A DNA stretch of 24,000 nt from NCBI RefSeq assembly GCF_013340825.1, contig NZ_AP023205.1. One strand, written 5' to 3'. The notes under the pieces are model-generated. The model worked only from the letters and a program-made list of their open reading frames with translations, was not told the DNA's origin and did not search any database. This document shows, piece by piece, positions 1 through 11,277 of this stretch (its first letter is position 1; each line of letters opens with the position of its first letter). Source of the DNA: Escherichia coli (GTDB lineage: Bacteria > Pseudomonadota > Gammaproteobacteria > Enterobacterales > Enterobacteriaceae). The position numbers and the translations under genes are program-made.

Positions 1-507
<507 letters not shown>

Positions 508-2652
508 TTAAAGTGCACAGGAGACGCAGCCTTCAATTTCAGTGCCTTCCAGCGCCATCTGACGCAGGCGAATGTAATAGAGCGTTTTGATACCTTTGCG
601 CCAGGCGTAAATCTGCGCTTTGTTGATATCGCGAGTGGTGGCGGTATCGGGGAAAAACAGCGTCAGCGACAGCCCCTGGTCGACATGGCGAGTCGCTTCC
701 GCGTAGGTGTCGATGATCTTTTCTGCGCCAATTTCGTAAGCGTCCTGATACATCGCCAGATTCTCGTTAGTCATAAACGGGGCAGGGTAGTAAACGCGTC
801 CTGTTTTGCCCTCTTTGCGTATCTCTACTTTCGCCACAATCGGATGAATACTCGACGTAGCATGGTTGATATAAGAGATAGAACCGGTTGGCGGCACCGC
901 CTGGAGATTCTGGTTGTATATGCCGTAGCGCATCACGTCGTCGCGCAGTTGCGCCCACATCTCACGGGTAGGTAACGTAATACCGCTGCGGGCAAACAGT
1001 TCGCCTACTTTCGCCGTTTTCGGCTGCCAGTTACCTTGCAGATATTGGCTGAAATATTCACCACTGGCATAGCGTGACTGTTTGAACCCGGCGAAGGTTT
1101 CACCGCGTTCGCGCACCAGCAACATCGAGGTACGCAGTGCGTGCCAGGTGATGGTATAGAAATAGAGATTGGTGAAATCCAGGGCTTCCGGCGAACCATA
1201 AGCGATGCCTTCCCTCGCCAGATAACCATGTAAATTCATCTGCCCCAGTCCGATGGCGTGCGAGGCGGCATTTCCGGCTTCGATGGACGGCACGCTGCGG
1301 ATATGACTCATATCTGACACCGCCGTTAAACCGCGTACGGCAGTCTCTACCGTGCGGGCAAAGTCGGGGGAATCCATGGTGTGCGCAATATTCAACGAAC
1401 CTAAATTGCAGGAAATATCATGGCCTGTGCGGGCATAGTCGAGATTCTCGTTATACTCTGAGGCGCTGTTAACCTGCAAAATTTCTGAGCAGAGATTACT
1501 CATATTTATGCGCCCGGCGACAGGGTTAGCACGGTTTACCGTGTCTTCATACATGATGTAGGGATAGCCGGACTCAAACTGGATTTCTGCCAGTCGCTGG
1601 AAGAAATCACGGGCGTTGAGGTATTTTTTGCGAATGCGTTCATCGGCAACCAGTTCGTCATAGTGTTCGCTGATGGCGATATCGGCAAACGGCTTGCCAT
1701 AAACCCGCTCAACGTCATAGGGCGAAAACAGCGCCATCTGCGCATTCTCTTTTGCCAGATGGAAAGTGATATCCGGGATCACCACGCCAAGCGACAGTGT
1801 TTTAATGCGGATTTTTTCGTCGGCATTTTCCCGTTTTGTATCGAGAAAACGCAGAATATCGGGATGATGAGCATGTAAATAGACTGCCCCAGCCCCCTGA
1901 CGAGCGCCGAGCTGGTTGGCATAGGAAAATGCGTCTTCCAGCATTTTCATCACCGGAATTACGCCAGAAGATTGATTTTCAATACGTTTAATTGGCGCGC
2001 CCGCTTCCCGCAGATTCGACAGCAAAAATGCCACGCCGCCGCCGCGTTTCGACAGTTGCAGTGCGGAATTTACCGCCCGACCAATCGACTCCATATTGTC
2101 TTCAATACGCAGCAAAAAACAGGAAACCAGTTCGCCGCGCTGCTGCTTACCGCAGTTGAGGAATGTCGGCGTGGCTGGCTGAAAGCGTCCTGACAGCATC
2201 TCATCAGTGAGCTGCGTCGCCAGTGTTTCATCGCCTTGTGCCAGCGTCAGCGCCACCATCGTGACTCGATCGGCAAAATCTTCCAGATAACGCTTACCGT
2301 CGAATGTTTTCAGCGTATAGCTGGTGTAAAACTTCCATGCCCCGAGGAATGTCTGGAAACGAAAACCGCTGGTGTGTGCGTGGGCAAACAGCGTAATGAC
2401 AAAGTCGCGAGAGTAGCGATTAAGAACGCTTTCATCATAGTAACCTTCGTTGACCAGCCAGTTCAGGCGCTGCTGCTGGCTACTGAAGGTCACACTGTTC
2501 GGACGCACATGCGTCGCCATAAAGGCGTCAACGGCCTGGCGGTCTTTATCGAACTGAATGCGACCTGCGCTATCGTAAAGATTAAGCATCGCATTCAGCG
2601 CGTGATAATCCATCGTTTCCTGCGTCAGGCGTTCTGCGGTTGTCGTTGCCAA
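508..2652 (-). CDS. nrdE: Ribonucleoside-diphosphate reductase 2 alpha subunit NrdE (714 aa)
   Basis: Full ORF with class Ib R1 sequence ([24 protein letters not shown], redox C-terminus EGCVSCAL); operon context nrdHIEF. Confidence 0.98.
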
Positions 2653-3035
2653 AATTCGGTTACTCCTTTACGAACGTTTTCGATATCGCTTTGCGTACCC
2701 ATGAGTTCAAAGCGGTACAGCCACGGCACGCCGCATTTCCGGGCAATCACATCTCCGGCGCGGCCATACGCCTCACCAAAGTTGCGATTACCCGAAGCAA
2801 TAACGCCGCGAAGCAACGCCCGGTTGTGCTCGTCGTTTAAAAAGCGAATTACCTGTCGTGGCACCGCGCCAGCAGTACCGCCGCCGCCGTAAGAGGGCAC
2901 GATCAGGATGTAAGGCTCGTCTACCTGAATCCGTTCCCGCTCATTGAGCGGGATGCGCACGGCGGGCAGCCCTAAACGTTCGATAAAACGCTGCGTATTT
3001 TCGGAGCTGCTGGAAAAGTAGACGAGCTGGCTCAT
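2625..3035 (-). CDS. nrdI: Flavodoxin-like NrdI protein (136 aa)
   Basis: [23 protein letters not shown]...; overlaps nrdE start; operon position. Confidence 0.96.
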
Positions 3036-3277
3036 GCACTGGCCGCGTGTGGCGCAGGATGCAGGCGATTGATCATGTCCGGGCGGAAACCAGACCAGCT
3101 AAGATCGCCAGCAATCACTACCGGCAACTGACGAAAGCCCTGAGCACGCAACGCTTCCGCCGCTTCAGGAACGTGATCGACATTAATCATTTCAAAATCA
3201 AAGCCCCGGTTTTCCATCGCCCGTTTGGTGGCGTGGCACTGAACGCAATCGTTACGAGTGTAAATAGTAATGCGCAT
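3032..3277 (-). CDS. nrdH: Glutaredoxin-like NrdH (81 aa)
   Basis: [28 protein letters not shown]; CxxC redox motif; operon position. Confidence 0.97.
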
Positions 3278-3350
3278 GATTCGTATTTCCGTTTAAAATG
3301 AAGATACGGCGCGATGATACGCGTCGGGTTGTCTCACTGTTGATACAGAG

Positions 3351-3397
3351 ATACTAGATGTAGTTGAAAAAAGATTCAACCACACAATATATAGCAA
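3351..3397 (-). promoter_or_regulatory. Candidate tandem NrdR boxes upstream of nrdHIEF
   Basis: atactagatgtagttg (3351-3366) and acacaatatatagcaa (3382-3397) resemble the NrdR box acaCwAtATaTwGtgt and are offset by 31 bp, about three helical turns, as in known paired NrdR sites. Confidence 0.6.
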
Positions 3398-3463
3398 ATA
3401 GTGGTCGAAATTACCCTGGATATGAGCGTGACGGGGTAGGGGAATTTTTGTGATTCACCAGGC

Positions 3464-3494
3464 AAAAAGAAACCCCGAAGACAGGCTTCGGGGT
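3464..3494 (-). terminator. Rho-independent terminator downstream of ygaM
   Basis: On the - strand: accccgaag / cttcggggt stem followed by a U-rich tract (ttctttttg). Confidence 0.75.
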
Positions 3495-3524
3495 CAAAGA
3501 CGCGTATTTATTATCATTTTTGCA

Positions 3525-3854
3525 CTACGATTTGCGCATGCTTAACAGTGCGCCGATAAAAATACCTACCGCAGCTGCTGTACCCACGCTACACCAGGGT
3601 CTTTCACGAACAAAAGAATCCGCGCAGCCAACGGCATCGCGTGCGGCTTGCTGGACGCGAGTACGACCATGCATTCGCGCCCTGGTTTCTTTCAGCAATG
3701 CCTGAGCTTTACTGCGTGCGGCTTCAGCTTCCCCTTTGGCGTCGCTGCCCCAGGACTTTAATACAGATTCGAGGCTGTCAGCTAATTGATTGACATCATT
3801 CTGGATATCCTGCACGCCATCATCAACGTCGTTGCGGTTCGGTCGGTTAAACAT
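3525..3854 (-). CDS. ygaM: DUF883 / ElaB-YqjD-like inner-membrane-anchored protein YgaM (109 aa from MFNRPNRNDVDD; ORF opens at 3866)
   Basis: MFNRPNRNDVDDGVQDIQNDVNQLADSLES... with C-terminal TM (SVGTAAAVGIFIGALLSMRKS). Confidence 0.9.
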   Translation of the reverse strand: MFNRPNRNDVDDGVQDIQNDVNQLADSLESVLKSWGSDAKGEAEAARSKAQALLKETRARMHGRTRVQQAARDAVGCADSFVRERPWCSVGTAAAVGIFIGALLSMRKS

Positions 3855-4005
3855 ATGATCCCCCATTAGAATTCGATGTAATTTTCAGTGTAGACCATAA
3901 TTTTCTTAACTGAGGTTCATCGCGGCTTTATGGACTTTTCTGAAAGCGTTGTGAATGCGCAATCAGGTAAGGTAGGCCCGCGGTTGATAATAACGAGGAT
4001 CAAAT

Positions 4006-4350
4006 ATGTATTTACGACCAGACGAGGTGGCGCGCGTACTTGAAAAAGTCGGTTTTACTGTCGATGTGGTAACCCAGAAAGCGTATGGTTACCGCCGTGG
4101 GGAAAATTATGTCTATGTTAATCGCGAAGCGCGAATGGGACGTACCGCTCTGGTAATTCATCCAACATTAAAAGAACGCAGTTCAACACTGGCTGAACCC
4201 GCTTCCGATATTAAAACTTGCGATCATTACCAGCAATTTCCGCTCTATTTAGCAGGCGAGCGACACGAGCATTACGGTATCCCGCATGGCTTCAGTTCGC
4301 GTGTTGCGCTTGAACGTTATTTGAATGGTTTATTTGGCGAAGCCAGTTAA
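4006..4350 (+). CDS. ygaC: DUF2002-type protein YgaC (114 aa)
   Basis: [43 protein letters not shown]...; syntenic position. Confidence 0.93.
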
Positions 4351-4353
4351 AGA

Positions 4354-4376
4354 CGCGACTGGCGATGCCAGTCGCG
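4354..4376. terminator. Perfect hairpin between convergent ygaC and alaE, probable bidirectional terminator
   Basis: cgcgactggc-gat-gccagtcgcg, perfect 10-bp stem in a convergent intergenic space; the T-tracts are weak. Confidence 0.5.
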
Positions 4377-4386
4377 AAAAGAAGAG

Positions 4387-4836
4387 TCAGGCTTTTACCT
4401 GCTGGTAACGGCTGACTTTAAACAGTCGGCGGCAATAATCGAGGAAGTAGCCATAAACCGCCCCCATCAACATCGAAACAACGATGTTTGAACTGACCGC
4501 CGCCATAATCTGATGCCAGTCTGCGCCCACCACTAACAAGATCGCCACATACACCGGTGACTGGAACGTCACATAAGCCAGGATATCAGCCAGATTTTTT
4601 ATCCAGCCCGACGGGCTAACTTTGCGTGCCGCGCGCATAAACAGATCGCGGTACATACCGTATGGCCATGCAATTAAGATGTTCACCGGAATCGCTACCA
4701 ATCTGGAATAAAAAGACTGTTCGAAGCTCATTCCGGAGAGGAAAACTTCAATACACATGTTCACGACAGAACAGTAAACAACCATCGCGAACGTATCTGC
4801 AACTGCATGACGCAAGCGTGACTGCGGTGAGAACAT
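4387..4836 (-). CDS. alaE: L-alanine exporter AlaE (YgaW, 149 aa)
   Basis: [45 protein letters not shown]...; multiple TM segments; synteny. Confidence 0.93.
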   Translation of the reverse strand: MFSPQSRLRHAVADTFAMVVYCSVVNMCIEVFLSGMSFEQSFYSRLVAIPVNILIAWPYGMYRDLFMRAARKVSPSGWIKNLADILAYVTFQSPVYVAILLVVGADWHQIMAAVSSNIVVSMLMGAVYGYFLDYCRRLFKVSRYQQVKA

Positions 4837-5199
4837 GCTAATGCTCCTTAATAAAAGCGTAATGGGATGTTAATGGAGATGAAAGCAGTGGATCTCATTG
4901 CCATCTGCATTTTCGCATAGCGTATATCGCTGGCTATGACTATTCAATTAGTGAAAAATTTTTATTTAGTCAGTTTTTGTAGATAAAATATTCCGTAACG
5001 GCTCGTTTTTTGTACATTGTGGATTTTTACATGCCGATATGATTTATTTTCAATTAAATCAATTAGATATGACCTTTCCTTTAATTTCACTAATGAAAGT
5101 TTGGGGGTGAGGTAACGCTATAAGCGTAGAGAATTCGGTGTATGTCGTGACCGTGTCATTTACAGTATTTTTTATGCCAGAAAATGTACATTAACAGCA

Positions 5200-5228
5200 G
5201 AAAGCACCAGTGAGGGGTGTTTTCTTTT
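5200..5228 (+). terminator. Terminator-like hairpin in the alaE-stpA intergenic region
   Basis: gaaagcacc (5200-5208) / ggtgttttc (5216-5224), one G:U pair, followed by a T-rich tract. It is not directly downstream of any + strand CDS. Confidence 0.4.
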
Positions 5229-5503
5229 ATTCTGTTATATTGCATTTTTATTCACTTCGGTTTTGTCAGGCTTGCGGAATTAGCGAGCAGAGAGCGCCGT
5301 TCTGTTCACCAATAATCTAAATTACTCATCAAAATGGCTAATATATAATCTTGAAATTATTCTGAGAGTTTCAGAAAATAACAGCTGAAATAATCTCGCA
5401 CAGGACTGTAAATAGATTAAATTTTGTGGAAATATAATAAGTGATCGCTTACACTACGCGACGAAATACTTTTTTGTTTTGGCGTTAAAAGGTTTTCTTT
5501 ATT

Positions 5504-5908
5504 ATGTCCGTAATGTTACAAAGTTTAAATAACATTCGCACTCTCCGTGCGATGGCTCGCGAATTCTCCATTGACGTTCTTGAAGAAATGCTCGAAAAAT
5601 TCAGGGTTGTCACTAAAGAAAGACGTGAAGAAGAAGAACAGCAGCAGCGTGAACTGGCTGAGCGTCAGGAAAAAATTAGCACCTGGCTGGAGCTGATGAA
5701 GGCTGACGGAATTAACCCGGAAGAGTTATTAGGTAATAGCTCTGCTGCTGCACCACGCGCTGGTAAAAAACGCCAGCCGCGTCCGGCGAAATATAAATTC
5801 ACCGATGTTAACGGTGAAACTAAAACCTGGACCGGTCAGGGCCGTACACCGAAGCCAATTGCTCAGGCGCTGGCAGAAGGTAAATCTCTCGACGATTTCC
5901 TGATCTAA
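5504..5908 (+). CDS. stpA: H-NS paralogue nucleoid protein StpA (134 aa)
   Basis: [44 protein letters not shown]... plus the H-NS family C-terminal motif [12 protein letters not shown]. Confidence 0.97.
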   Translation: MSVMLQSLNNIRTLRAMAREFSIDVLEEMLEKFRVVTKERREEEEQQQRELAERQEKISTWLELMKADGINPEELLGNSSAAAPRAGKKRQPRPAKYKFTDVNGETKTWTGQGRTPKPIAQALAEGKSLDDFLI

Positions 5909-5916
5909 TTACTGAG

Positions 5917-5946
5917 GCCGGATGTCGCTGCTAGGGCGCGTCCGGC
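5917..5946. repeat. REP-like palindrome downstream of stpA
   Basis: gccgga-tgtcgctgctagggcgcg-tccggc inverted repeat in the convergent stpA/ygaP interval. Confidence 0.55.
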
Positions 5947-5954
5947 GTCGCTTC

Positions 5955-6479
5955 TCAAGTTCGTTGGTTCCACGGCATCTTATCTAACAACCTTGCCATT
6001 CCACAAAAACCGCTGATTCCTGCAAACAGTAACCCGGCACCAACAAAGCCACTTAATAAGAAGAAACCGCTATTTACGGTATAACCCAGTACAACGCCGA
6101 TTAATATTAAACCACCCGCAGCGATCTGCACCTGGCGCATTAACGGCAAGGGTTGAGATTTATTTACCGCTACTGGCAATCCAGCTCTTTTCCAGCCATC
6201 AATCCCATCTTCGAGTAAAAATATTTCTGCGGGGGCGGCAATCGCTGCTAATTTATCGGCGTTATTACTGGTGCGTTTACCTGCCTGGCAGTGGAATATA
6301 ATTTGCTCGCGACGTAATTTAGGTGGAAGACCTGACTGTTCCAGCACGGATAATGGAGCCAGATCTGCTTCAGGAATATGTTCACGAAGATATTCATCAG
6401 CGTCACGAATATCGATTAACTTTGCGCCGCGTGCGATTAATTCTTGTGCATCATGCGGCGAAATGGTTGTCAAAGCCAT
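5955..6479 (-). CDS. ygaP: Membrane-associated rhodanese sulfurtransferase YgaP (174 aa)
   Basis: Rhodanese domain with [12 protein letters not shown] active-site loop and C-terminal TM helices ([36 protein letters not shown]). Confidence 0.95.
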   Translation of the reverse strand: MALTTISPHDAQELIARGAKLIDIRDADEYLREHIPEADLAPLSVLEQSGLPPKLRREQIIFHCQAGKRTSNNADKLAAIAAPAEIFLLEDGIDGWKRAGLPVAVNKSQPLPLMRQVQIAAGGLILIGVVLGYTVNSGFFLLSGFVGAGLLFAGISGFCGMARLLDKMPWNQRT

Positions 6480-6488
6480 AGTGACTCC

Positions 6489-6788
6489 TTACGGACAATA
6501 GACATTTTTCAGGGTGGCGATAATGGCATTTACCGCCTCATTTTTAATGGAATATAGAATGCGTTGGGCATCCCGTTGGCTGTCGATAAGCCCTTCGTCC
6601 CGCATACGAGCGAGATGCTGTGATGTCGCAGAGGCACTCAGTCCGGTAATGCGCGTCAGCTCTCCCGCGCTGGTGCCGGGGGAACCGCTAAGCATGCACA
6701 GAATCAGCAATCGTTTAGGATGGCTCATTGCTTTCAATAAGGCCGCTGCCTGTTCGGCACTGGCCTGTAATTGCGCGAGTTCAGTCAT
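6489..6788 (-). CDS. ygaV: ArsR-family transcriptional regulator YgaV (99 aa)
   Basis: MTELAQLQASAEQAAALLKAMSHPKRLLILCMLSG..., winged helix, operonic with ygaP. Confidence 0.94.
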   Translation of the reverse strand: MTELAQLQASAEQAAALLKAMSHPKRLLILCMLSGSPGTSAGELTRITGLSASATSQHLARMRDEGLIDSQRDAQRILYSIKNEAVNAIIATLKNVYCP

Positions 6789-6970
6789 ATTTATTTAAGT
6801 ATTTTCTAAATTAAGTAAACTCTAAACTAAAAATGCAACATATACCAGCCTCAGCAGCGTAAATGAGAGTAAAAGCGTAAGCTGAAACTGGCAGGCTCCG
6901 CTAAAATTACTACGCTTAAGAGATAAAATCTCTTTTTAAACAATGAGTAATTTTCTTATAGGGAGTACAT

Positions 6971-7129
6971 ATGGGTTTCTGGAGAATCGTCATCACCATC
7001 ATTCTGCCGCCGCTCGGCGTGCTGCTCGGTAAAGGGTTCGGTTGGGCGTTCATTATTAATATTCTGCTGACACTGCTTGGGTATATCCCCGGTTTGATTC
7101 ACGCGTTCTGGGTGCAAACCCGCGATTAA
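6971..7129 (+). CDS. yqaE: Pmp3/UPF0057 small membrane protein YqaE (52 aa)
   Basis: ATG at 6971: MGFWRIVITIILPPLGVLLGKGFGWAFIINILLTLLGYIPGLIHAFWVQTRD, stop at 7127-7129. Missing from the supplied ORF track because of its small size. Confidence 0.93.
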   Translation: MGFWRIVITIILPPLGVLLGKGFGWAFIINILLTLLGYIPGLIHAFWVQTRD

Positions 7130-7212
7130 ACCTGTGCTCACCCCCGCGGCGTTAACGCGCCGCGTTCCTCTGCTACACTTTCTGAGTGTTTCCGTTAACG
7201 AATGAGGTAGCT

Positions 7213-7662
7213 ATGGGTCTGTTCAATTTTGTGAAAGATGCCGGAGAAAAACTCTGGGACGCGGTTACAGGTCAGCACGATAAAGACGATCAGGCGAAGA
7301 AGGTGCAGGAGCATCTGAGCAAAACCGGTATACCTGATGCCGATAAAGTGAACATTCAAATTGCCGACGGCAAAGCGACGGTCACTGGTGACGGCCTGAG
7401 TCAGGAGGCGAAGGAGAAAATCCTTGTTGCGGTTGGGAATATTTCCGGTATTGCCAGTGTTGATGATCAGGTGAAAACGGCGACACCAGCCACTGCCAGC
7501 CAGTTTTATACCGTTAAGTCTGGCGACACTCTGAGTGCCATTTCCAAACAGGTCTACGGTAACGCTAATCTGTACAATAAAATCTTCGAAGCGAATAAAC
7601 CGATGCTAAAAAGCCCGGATAAAATTTATCCGGGGCAAGTGTTGCGTATTCCGGAAGAGTAG
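7213..7662 (+). CDS. kbp: Potassium-binding BON/LysM protein Kbp (YgaU, 149 aa)
   Basis: [27 protein letters not shown]... with BON domain and C-terminal LysM ([19 protein letters not shown]). ORF opens at 7186, but the native start is ATG 7213. Confidence 0.95.
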   Translation: MGLFNFVKDAGEKLWDAVTGQHDKDDQAKKVQEHLSKTGIPDADKVNIQIADGKATVTGDGLSQEAKEKILVAVGNISGIASVDDQVKTATPATASQFYTVKSGDTLSAISKQVYGNANLYNKIFEANKPMLKSPDKIYPGQVLRIPEE

Positions 7663-8325
7663 TTAATTGCCAGCCATCGCCTGCTGGATAATGGGAATTG
7701 GCGTCAGTAAATGCTGCCGCATTAACTCACTGGCGCGCGCGGTATCTCGCGCCAGTACCGCCGCAGTCAGGGTCTGGTGCTGATCGTGTTTATCCTCCAG
7801 CATTTCTACCGAAAGCACCGTTCGCCGCAGCCAGATAAATCGATAGCGCGCCGCCAGATCAAACAACCGTTCACGCATTTGCAGCAAATAGTGAGAACCA
7901 CAGCCCGCCACAATTGCCGTATGAAACGCCTGATGACGCAGATCCCACTCATCAAGCATTTTCTCGCTGGCGTCACAGGCCTCAAGCTTACTCAGCAGAT
8001 GCGCTTTTGCGAGAACGTCTGCCTCCCACTCATCGCCACCGCGGGCAATCGCCAGACTCACTAACATCGCTTCCATATTGGCGCGGGCGTCGAAAATATC
8101 GAGCAGCTCCTGCTCTGACATAGACGCCACCCGATACCCTTTTTGATTCACCACCGTGACCAGCCGTTCCGCCACCAGTTGCGAAAGAGCTTCCCGTAAC
8201 GGCCCAACGCCAAGTGCATAACGCGATGTCAGCAAACTCATTCGTAATTTTTCATCCGGTTGAAAATTACCGCGAATAATATCGTTCTTCAGCCAGCGAT
8301 AGCCATCCAGAGACGTAATGGTCAT
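7663..8325 (-). CDS. csiR: GntR/FadR-family repressor CsiR (GlaR, 220 aa)
   Basis: MTITSLDGYRWLKNDIIRGNFQPDEKLRMSLLTSRYALGVGPLREALSQLVAERL..., adjacent to gabP. ORF opens at 8343. Confidence 0.94.
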   Translation of the reverse strand: MTITSLDGYRWLKNDIIRGNFQPDEKLRMSLLTSRYALGVGPLREALSQLVAERLVTVVNQKGYRVASMSEQELLDIFDARANMEAMLVSLAIARGGDEWEADVLAKAHLLSKLEACDASEKMLDEWDLRHQAFHTAIVAGCGSHYLLQMRERLFDLAARYRFIWLRRTVLSVEMLEDKHDQHQTLTAAVLARDTARASELMRQHLLTPIPIIQQAMAGN

Positions 8326-8345
8326 GGTGTGACTCCTGATCATGA

Positions 8346-9746
8346 TCAGCGCGTATTATGAACGGGTGTTTTTTGCCACAATACCAGCTTTTTCCAGCGA
8401 GCCATAATTGGCACGGTACAGATAATCCCTATCGCTAATAAGCCGGTGGAGATCACTTCTAACTGTTGCGCCGGACGGAATAGCATCACTACCAACACAA
8501 AGGTAATAAAGCCGATGACTAGCCAGGTGAGCCACGGATAAAGCCACATTCGCAAGCGAATTTCGCTTCCTTCTGCTCGCAGAATTTTGCGCATCCGCAA
8601 CTGTGAAACGGCGATGACTAAATAAACCAGCAGGGCGATAGCGCCGGAGCTGTCGATCAGAAATTTAAATACCTTCGCAGGCGCGTAATAGTTCACCACC
8701 ACCGTTAAGAATGCCGCGCCGGTGGAGAGTAACACCGCCACGTACGGGGTTTTACTGCGGTTGATTTTACCCATTACCGCGGGAGCATCACCGCGACGGC
8801 TTAAGGAGTAGAGCATCCTTGACGCGGTATACAGCGCCGAGTTCAGGCAACTGGTTACGGAAAGTAATATCACGCAGTCCATGATTAATTTCGCATGGGG
8901 AATATTGAGCAATTCCAGTACCGAGCGATAAGAACCGACGGCTTTTAGTCCGGGCATATTCCACGGAATTAATGCCACGACGACAAAAATAGAACATAAA
9001 TAGAAGATAGAAATACGCCAGATAACCGAGTTGGTGGCGCGGACAATATGTTTTTCCGGCGTGTCGGATTCCGCGGCGGCAATGGTGACAATTTCTGCGC
9101 CCATAAACGAGAACATGGTGATCAACATCGCGCTTAATACCGCACCGAAGCCGTTGGGCATAAAGCCGCCGCTATCCCACAATCTTGAGATCCCGCTCAC
9201 TTCGGCATACGGGTAAAAACCGCTAATTGCGACTGCACCAAGGAAAATAAAGGCCAGGATAGCGATGACTTTGCACAGCGCCAGCCAGAACTCAAATTCG
9301 CCGTAGTTTTTAACGCTTAATAAGTTACTGCCAGTTAAGGCGAGGGTAATGACGAGGGAAAATAACCAGATGGGAATGCCTGGAACCCATGAGTGCAGGA
9401 TCATGGCGGCGATGTTGGCTTCCAGCGGGATAACCAGTACCCAAAACCACCAGTACAACCAGCCGATGGTATAGCCCGCCCAGCGACCAATGGCTTTATC
9501 GGCATAGGTGGAAAACGAACCGGTATCGGGCGTGGCAACCGCCATTTCCGCCAACATCCGCATAATCATAACCACCAGTAGCCCGGCGAACAGATAGGCC
9601 AGTAATACCGCCGGGCCCGCTTCGGCGATGGCGACGCTGGAACCGACAAACAGACTTGCGCCGATAACACCGGCAATAGACAACATGGTGACGTGGCGTG
9701 ACTTCAGCCCGCCGCCTAACTCATGTGGTTGCGATGATTGCCCCAT
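8346..9746 (-). CDS. gabP: GABA permease GabP (466 aa, APC superfamily)
   Basis: MGQSSQPHELGGGLKSRHVTMLSIAGVIGASLFVGSSVAIAEAGP... 12-TM amino acid permease. ORF opens at 9809. Confidence 0.96.
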   Translation of the reverse strand: MGQSSQPHELGGGLKSRHVTMLSIAGVIGASLFVGSSVAIAEAGPAVLLAYLFAGLLVVMIMRMLAEMAVATPDTGSFSTYADKAIGRWAGYTIGWLYWWFWVLVIPLEANIAAMILHSWVPGIPIWLFSLVITLALTGSNLLSVKNYGEFEFWLALCKVIAILAFIFLGAVAISGFYPYAEVSGISRLWDSGGFMPNGFGAVLSAMLITMFSFMGAEIVTIAAAESDTPEKHIVRATNSVIWRISIFYLCSIFVVVALIPWNMPGLKAVGSYRSVLELLNIPHAKLIMDCVILLSVTSCLNSALYTASRMLYSLSRRGDAPAVMGKINRSKTPYVAVLLSTGAAFLTVVVNYYAPAKVFKFLIDSSGAIALLVYLVIAVSQLRMRKILRAEGSEIRLRMWLYPWLTWLVIGFITFVLVVMLFRPAQQLEVISTGLLAIGIICTVPIMARWKKLVLWQKTPVHNTR

Positions 9747-9834
9747 CCTGAATCCTCTCGAAAGTGTGTCACTTGGGAGAGCGCCCCGACATTTCCCGCG
9801 CCGGGTCACGCGTATAATTGTTATTGATTCTTTT

Positions 9835-9974
9835 TGCCGGAGAGCGGCTCCGCCTTACCCGGCCAACATAGATTTCTTCCTGTTCACGTACAGATTGTCG
9901 GATGCGGCGTAAACGCCTTATCCGACCTGGATCCCCGTAGGCCGGACAAGACGCGCAGCGTCGCCTCCGGCATA
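9835..9974. repeat. BIME-like cluster of about three REP units between gabT and gabP
   Basis: gccggagagcggctccgccttacccggc (~9836-9863); gtcggatgcggcgtaaacgccttatccgacc (~9898-9928); gtaggccggacaagacgcgcagcgtcgcctccggc (~9937-9971), matching REP consensus gccgGATGCGGCGTAAACGCCTTATCcggc. Confidence 0.8.
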
Positions 9975-9983
9975 GGAGCGGCG

Positions 9984-11264
9984 CTACTGCTTCGCCTCAT
10001 CAAAACACTGGCTGATGATCTCCAGACCCTGACGGATCTGAGCGTCTTCAATGGTGAGCGGTACAAGGATGCGCAGCACGTTGTAATACGGGCCGCAGGA
10101 GAGAAGAATCAGGCCTTTATCGCGGGCGCGAGCCACGATCTCGGCGGTGAGTTTGGCGTCCGGCTTGTTGTGATCGCCGTCTTCAAACAGCTCAATGGCG
10201 ATCATCGCCCCCAGCCCGCGTACGTCGCCGATCTCCGGGTGTTTTTCGGCTATTGCCAGCAATCCGTCTTTCAACTTCTGCCCCAGATCGTTGGCTTTTT
10301 GCAGCAGATTTTCCTGCTCAAACACCTTCAACACTTCCAGCGCAGCCACGCAGGCAATCGGGTTACCCGCATAGGTGCCGCCCAGACCGCCTGGAGCGAC
10401 GGCATCCATTACTTCCGCGCGCCCGGTGACGCCCGCCAGCGGGAAGCCGCCCGCGATCGATTTCGCAAAGGTGGTAAGATCCGGCGCAACGCCCATCTGC
10501 TCCATCGCAAACAGCGTGCCGGTACGCCCCGCGCCGCTCTGCACTTCATCGGCAATCAGCATGATCCCGTGCTCGTCACACAGAGCGCGTAAACGCTGCA
10601 TAAAGGCTGGCGACGAGGCGTAGAAACCGCCTTCGCCCTGAACCGGCTCAATCACGATGGCGGCGATATCTTCCGGCGCGGCATCATTTTTGAAGATCCG
10701 GTGGATGCTGGCGATAGCGTCATCCTCGCTTATGCCGTGCAGCGGGCAAGGATAAAGCGCGCGATAAACATGACCCGGCATCAGCCCCATGCCCGCAGAG
10801 TACGGATTCACCTTGCCGGTCAGCGCCAGCGTGTAATGCGTGCGCCCGTGATACGCGCCGCTAAAAGCGATGGTGCCGCTACGTTTGGTGGCGGCGCGGG
10901 CGATTTTCACCGCGTTTTCCACCGCTTCAGAACCTGTGGTGACCAGCAGCGTTTTCTTGGCAAAATTGCCTGGCACCTTCTGATTCATAATCTCGCACAG
11001 CTCCAGATACGGCTCGTAGGCCAGCACCTGGAAGCAGGTGTGCGACAGTTTTTTCAACTGCGCTTCCACCGCAGCCACCACTTTCGGATGCAAGTGCCCG
11101 GTATTGAGCACCGCAATCCCGCCCGCGAAATCAAGATACTCACGGCCTTCAACGTCCCACACCCGGCAGTTTTCCGCGCGGTCAGCGAAAATCGGGTGAA
11201 TTTGCCCAACACCACGGGGAATCGCCTGACTGCGGCGCTGCATTAACTCTTTATTGCTGCTCAT
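9984..11264 (-). CDS. gabT: 4-aminobutyrate aminotransferase GabT (426 aa)
   Basis: MSSNKELMQRRSQAIPRGVGQIHPIFADRAENCRVWDVEGREYLDFAGGIAVLNTGH..., class III aminotransferase. Confidence 0.97.
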   Translation of the reverse strand: MSSNKELMQRRSQAIPRGVGQIHPIFADRAENCRVWDVEGREYLDFAGGIAVLNTGHLHPKVVAAVEAQLKKLSHTCFQVLAYEPYLELCEIMNQKVPGNFAKKTLLVTTGSEAVENAVKIARAATKRSGTIAFSGAYHGRTHYTLALTGKVNPYSAGMGLMPGHVYRALYPCPLHGISEDDAIASIHRIFKNDAAPEDIAAIVIEPVQGEGGFYASSPAFMQRLRALCDEHGIMLIADEVQSGAGRTGTLFAMEQMGVAPDLTTFAKSIAGGFPLAGVTGRAEVMDAVAPGGLGGTYAGNPIACVAALEVLKVFEQENLLQKANDLGQKLKDGLLAIAEKHPEIGDVRGLGAMIAIELFEDGDHNKPDAKLTAEIVARARDKGLILLSCGPYYNVLRILVPLTIEDAQIRQGLEIISQCFDEAKQ

Positions 11265-11277
11265 TCGCGTTCTCCAG

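Noticed and set aside
2236-2892. 218-aa + strand ORF over nrdE/nrdI
   Set aside because: Antisense shadow ORF over highly conserved coding genes; no recognisable product.
9834-10592. 252-aa + strand ORF antisense to gabT
   Set aside because: Overlaps a confident gene and the REP cluster; shadow ORF of a GC-rich gene.
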